IMG/VR virus record: IMGVR_UViG_3300047560_000223
Location: 1-27,695 of that record
Origin: a virus
Taxonomy: Duplodnaviria > Caudoviricetes
DNA length: 27,695 nucleotides
Reading direction: 5' to 3' (one strand)
Made by a program: the position numbers and the translations under genes. Shown here piece after piece: positions 25,084 to 27,695 of this stretch. How positions within the stretch are numbered: the stretch's first letter is position 1; every line of letters begins with the position of its first letter. Under the pieces are notes generated by a model. The model did not search any database. It was given only the letters and a program-made list of their open reading frames with translations, and was not told the origin of the DNA.

Positions 25084-26459
25084 AGTACCATGCTCCAGTC
25101 TTGAGGCGCATACACCCCTTCGACTGATTTAACCCATTCAGAATTTTGGTAATCCCATTTGTATTGGATACCAGTTGTTAAGTTAGTTACAAATTCGTAA
25201 CTTTGTGATGATGTACTATCAAAACTTACTACCCAACCTTGGCTAGTGTATTCAATGACATCGTTACGATTAGCAACAAATTTTGGATTATTAATGTCCC
25301 AGGCAATTGCGGCTTCGTAGTTATTATAACTGCCAATTGGGTTAAGAATCAAGTATCTTGTGCCAACTGTTGGACTTAATAAATCCATATCGTCAACATT
25401 AACAGTCATTGGATCAATGATAGCATTGATTGCAGTAACTGAGTTAGCTGGTAATGTGTCAATGTTTGGACTATACAATAAAATCGAGTCATCTGTTGGG
25501 TGTGGAGCAACAGTGCCCACTACTTCACTGATACCATCGGGGTGCATTAGTCTAACTTCACTTAGGCCGCTTCGTAAGGTGCCAAAGCCTGCGATTAAAT
25601 CGTCCCAGCGGTCAATCTTAGAGAAGTCCCCATTGAAGACCATTGTTAATTGGTTCTTGTTTACTAAACGTAATTGGTTGCCAGTGTAAACAATGTAGTA
25701 GTCTTTAAAAATTGTTGCCCGGCGAGAAATCATTGACCCGTCCCCAATAATGTCAAGCGACAGCTCGCCGCTACCATCATAGATTGAGTTAATAACTTTT
25801 GTAATTACACCTAGACGTTTAACTTTAGCAGGGCTACTAATCCAAATCGGCATTTCAAATTGCATAGTAACAATGCTGATGCTTTCGTCGGCGTTGGCCG
25901 GAACACTTCTACTATCCCATACAGTGTTCTTTAGTTCGACCGCAGTTAAGCTACCCCAGTCGATAAAGTTATCAGTGCTTTGCAGTTCAACACTTGGGTT
26001 AAACAACGTTGCAATTTGTTCCCACAGTTGTAACTTTTGTTCAGTGTTGCTAGTCCAAATATCAGCTTTAACTGATAGTTTGTAAGGAACCGGCATCAAG
26101 CGATCAATCGAATATGCATCACCTGGTTTGTCTAAGTACTCGCCTGTGTTTGGATCATAAGCACGTTCGCGCAAATTAATCGTGCCAACAAAGCTCGGAT
26201 CTTGCAAACGATCACGATCGTAATCTAATGCACTTACATAAACGGCAATAGCAGGAACGCTGTTTATCATGTTCTCACTGTTTTGCTTTAGAATAACAGC
26301 AGCCTGGCGACTTGGGTCTCCATAAATTACTGGTACCTGTTGCAATGCCTTTTGTCCGTTAGCGCCTGATCCAAACTCAACTTGGAATCCAGAAAGCACA
26401 CGCATAAACTGTGTTAGAAAACGTCTAACTTGATTGTCGTAGAAAAATTGTTGAGCCAT
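25080..26459 (-). CDS. T4 gp15-like tail terminator / sheath stabiliser with C-terminal extension
   Basis: FFYD.Q.RRF..QF...VP..YG...P.I.V...LDYD..R...PVPYKL...EQI..LFNP matches the gp15 N-terminal pattern. It lies downstream of a neck-like gene. At 459 aa it is longer than T4 gp15. Confidence 0.7.
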   Translation of the reverse strand: MAQQFFYDNQVRRFLTQFMRVLSGFQVEFGSGANGQKALQQVPVIYGDPSRQAAVILKQNSENMINSVPAIAVYVSALDYDRDRLQDPSFVGTINLRERAYDPNTGEYLDKPGDAYSIDRLMPVPYKLSVKADIWTSNTEQKLQLWEQIATLFNPSVELQSTDNFIDWGSLTAVELKNTVWDSRSVPANADESISIVTMQFEMPIWISSPAKVKRLGVITKVINSIYDGSGELSLDIIGDGSMISRRATIFKDYYIVYTGNQLRLVNKNQLTMVFNGDFSKIDRWDDLIAGFGTLRSGLSEVRLMHPDGISEVVGTVAPHPTDDSILLYSPNIDTLPANSVTAINAIIDPMTVNVDDMDLLSPTVGTRYLILNPIGSYNNYEAAIAWDINNPKFVANRNDVIEYTSQGWVVSFDSTSSQSYEFVTNLTTGIQYKWDYQNSEWVKSVEGVYAPQDWSMVL

Positions 26460-27601
26460 TAATTATCTGCCTGTATTCTTAATGCCTTGCTTAGGCTTTG
26501 ACGCTCTGGTTGTGTAGTACCTTCTGCATCAGTAAATGTATTTGTATTGTTAACAAAGCCGCCATGCAATGTATTGCTAGATCCTGGTGCCAAGTTTGCT
26601 CTAATCTTCTCTTCAATTGCAACCCAACGTTTACCGTTATATCTAAATAAACGATTTGGCAAATAGTCTGTGCGTAGGAAGTATTCACCGTTTGTGATGT
26701 GTGTTGGGAATTCGATTCCAGATCCACATTGCAAACCGTTGGGAGCAAGTCCGTCGCCAACTAAGTAACCAGTTGTCTTTTTACTTGGGCTTAATGTAGA
26801 GTCGTCTGATGTGTGGTTGCTATCATCGGCTGTGTCTTTTACATCATCGGCTGTGATACCTGTGTAATCTGGTTGCATCCACAATTTACTTGTATCGTAC
26901 CCGCTCATTGGTACATCCTGTTCTGCTTGTGCAATGACTGCATTGTTGATGTTCATGTAAACACCGTAGCTGCTCATAATATCCGAAGTCTTTGTATCAG
27001 CAGTTCCGTCTACAATAGTGTTTAGAATGTCCTTGTACTCTTGGCTGTCAACCAGTGGGTTAATCTTAACACGCCATAAGTGTGGCCACCAAGTTGGGCT
27101 AAAACCCTCGCTAGCAAAGCTTGCATCACCCACAACATAGAAACGTTTAAGTGCAGCAGGGACATCTTGGTTTAGTGCATTGTAATCTTTAAGATGCTCT
27201 AGCTCTAGTACATCGCCTGCCATTAGCTTGCGACCTAAGGTGTCCATCATATCGTTAATATGGAAGGTCATAAAGATAGTGCCAGTTTGTAAGAACAAAC
27301 CAAATTGGCTTAAATCGAAGTCCTGATCCTGACGTTGATAAATGCCACGCATTTTGTAGATATCTTTGTCGTACTTGCGGTCGCGGTTTTCCACAAATAG
27401 CAAGTCTTGGATGTTTAGTTCACTTTGATTTGTGTAAACGGGTTTAGTTGCATCTGTGCTGTCCGTTTGTTCGTAAGTACCTAGGTACTTGTGGATTAAA
27501 ATACCAGTCCCGCCCATCGTGAACATTTCACTGATTCTGCGATCAATAAACTTATAGTCGTTGCTGTGACGACCGTCTTTCCATAGCGAGATGCGAGCCA
27601 T
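26459..27601 (-). CDS. T4 gp14-like neck / head-closure protein
   Basis: DLLF.ENRDRKY...LSQFGLFL.....F.TFH...GDVLEL pattern, in the position upstream of the gp15-like gene. The ATG at 27601 has SD AAGGA at a suitable spacing and is preferred to the TTG at 27607. Confidence 0.6.
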   Translation of the reverse strand: MARISLWKDGRHSNDYKFIDRRISEMFTMGGTGILIHKYLGTYEQTDSTDATKPVYTNQSELNIQDLLFVENRDRKYDKDIYKMRGIYQRQDQDFDLSQFGLFLQTGTIFMTFHINDMMDTLGRKLMAGDVLELEHLKDYNALNQDVPAALKRFYVVGDASFASEGFSPTWWPHLWRVKINPLVDSQEYKDILNTIVDGTADTKTSDIMSSYGVYMNINNAVIAQAEQDVPMSGYDTSKLWMQPDYTGITADDVKDTADDSNHTSDDSTLSPSKKTTGYLVGDGLAPNGLQCGSGIEFPTHITNGEYFLRTDYLPNRLFRYNGKRWVAIEEKIRANLAPGSSNTLHGGFVNNTNTFTDAEGTTQPERQSLSKALRIQADN

Positions 27602-27619
27602 TTTCAATCCTTATTGCTG

Positions 27620-27626
27620 TATTTAT
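27620..27626 (-). promoter_or_regulatory. Putative late promoter (ATAAATA) for neck-terminator-NUDIX operon
   Basis: The minus strand reads ATAAATA-CAGCAAT-AAGGA-TTGAAA-ATG, fully intergenic. Confidence 0.65.
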
Positions 27627-27631
27627 GGGGT

Positions 27632-27660
27632 TTGGTCCATAATGGATTTGGTTGTATAAT
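27632..27660 (+). promoter_or_regulatory. Putative sigma70-type (early/middle) promoter
   Basis: TTGGTC-17 nt-TATAAT: perfect -10, weak -35, divergent from the late promoter. Confidence 0.45.
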
Positions 27661-27666
27661 AAGGAC

Positions 27667-27695
27667 ATGAAAACACTTATCACACTCTTTATTGT
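27667..27695 (+). CDS. Start of a 3'-truncated ORF with signal-peptide-like N-terminus
   Basis: MKTLITLFI... runs off the window, 6 nt after TATAAT. Only 9 full codons are visible. Confidence 0.35.

Noticed and set aside
1-27695. Stop-codon reassignment (none of the 20 called stops is TAG)
   Set aside because: Genes tile the window at full length under the standard code and none needs TAG read-through. TAA preference is enough to explain it.
1-27695. Host assignment from scarce SD sequences or from cyanophage-like genes
   Set aside because: Clear SD motifs exist at several genes and no host-diagnostic gene is present.
1-27695. tRNA/ncRNA genes, introns, inteins or mobile elements
   Set aside because: Intergenic gaps are under 80 nt, and I noticed no interrupted genes or homing-endonuclease, intein or transposase motifs.

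Overview
This window is a gene-dense segment of a large T4-related (myovirus-type) bacteriophage genome, read with the standard code. About 20 kb of the + strand (1-20541) encodes virion fibre/adhesin proteins built from shared modules. These include two Peptidase_G2-type and one Peptidase_S74-type self-cleaving chaperone, a 7-blade FG-GAP propeller, a protein with five LamG domains, 40-aa coiled-coil repeats, three paralogous glycine-rich proteins and two small fibre-assembly chaperones. Behind a perfect T4 late-promoter motif (TATAAATA) and the second chaperone gene lies a tightly coupled enzyme cassette: a U32-family Fe-S protein, a 2OG-Fe(II) oxygenase, a flavin-dependent (tryptophan-type) halogenase and a Maf/DUF115-like protein. 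A convergent - strand operon encodes a gp14-like neck protein, a gp15-like tail terminator and a NUDIX hydrolase. The best candidate for an undescribed system is the late-expressed enzyme cassette, which may chemically modify the adjacent fibre proteins. All family calls come from motif recognition by eye, not database searches. The host cannot be determined.
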